DNA of 64,000 nt from Podarcis gaigeae (lineage: Eukaryota). The stretch is from NCBI GenBank assembly GCA_964106915.2, contig OZ066914.1. One strand, given 5' to 3'. A program made the position numbers and the translations under genes. Under the pieces are notes generated by a model, which was not told the DNA's origin, ran no database searches, and saw only the letters and a list, made by a program, of their open reading frames with translations. Below, piece after piece: positions 63,945 through 64,000 of this stretch; the stretch's first letter is position 1, and every line of letters starts with the position of its first letter.

Positions 63945-64000
63945 CTGGGCCAAGGGAACAGGACTGAAGTAAACAATCACTTGTTCTGTCCTAGGCAACC

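Overview
Vertebrate genomic DNA from a squamate reptile; the Sauria SINE and the MITE/L2/CR1 families suggest a lacertid lizard (inference). The window holds the conserved tail-to-tail pair SLC19A1 and COL18A1. SLC19A1 (reduced folate carrier, + strand) has a CpG-island promoter at ~2.2-3.3 kb and five coding exons at 10881-24442 that splice to 480 aa. COL18A1 (collagen XVIII/endostatin, - strand) has 38 phase-consistent coding exons at 63944-28055 (1134 aa visible); its 5' part lies beyond the window. The introns carry many TEs: a Sauria SINE, tRNA-SINEs, CR1/L2/L1 fragments, hAT, Tc1/mariner and Harbinger MITEs, a solo LTR and a Penelope-like fragment. I see no clearly new multi-gene system. 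Best leads: a minimal hammerhead ribozyme in the Penelope-like insert; an intact antisense solo-LTR promoter beside a collagen exon; probable overlap of the two genes' 3' ends; a frameshifting tandem acceptor and AG|GTGAGT sites in SLC19A1; and a candidate terminal exon of an unidentified upstream gene at 662-778. All coordinates were read by hand; no database searches were run.
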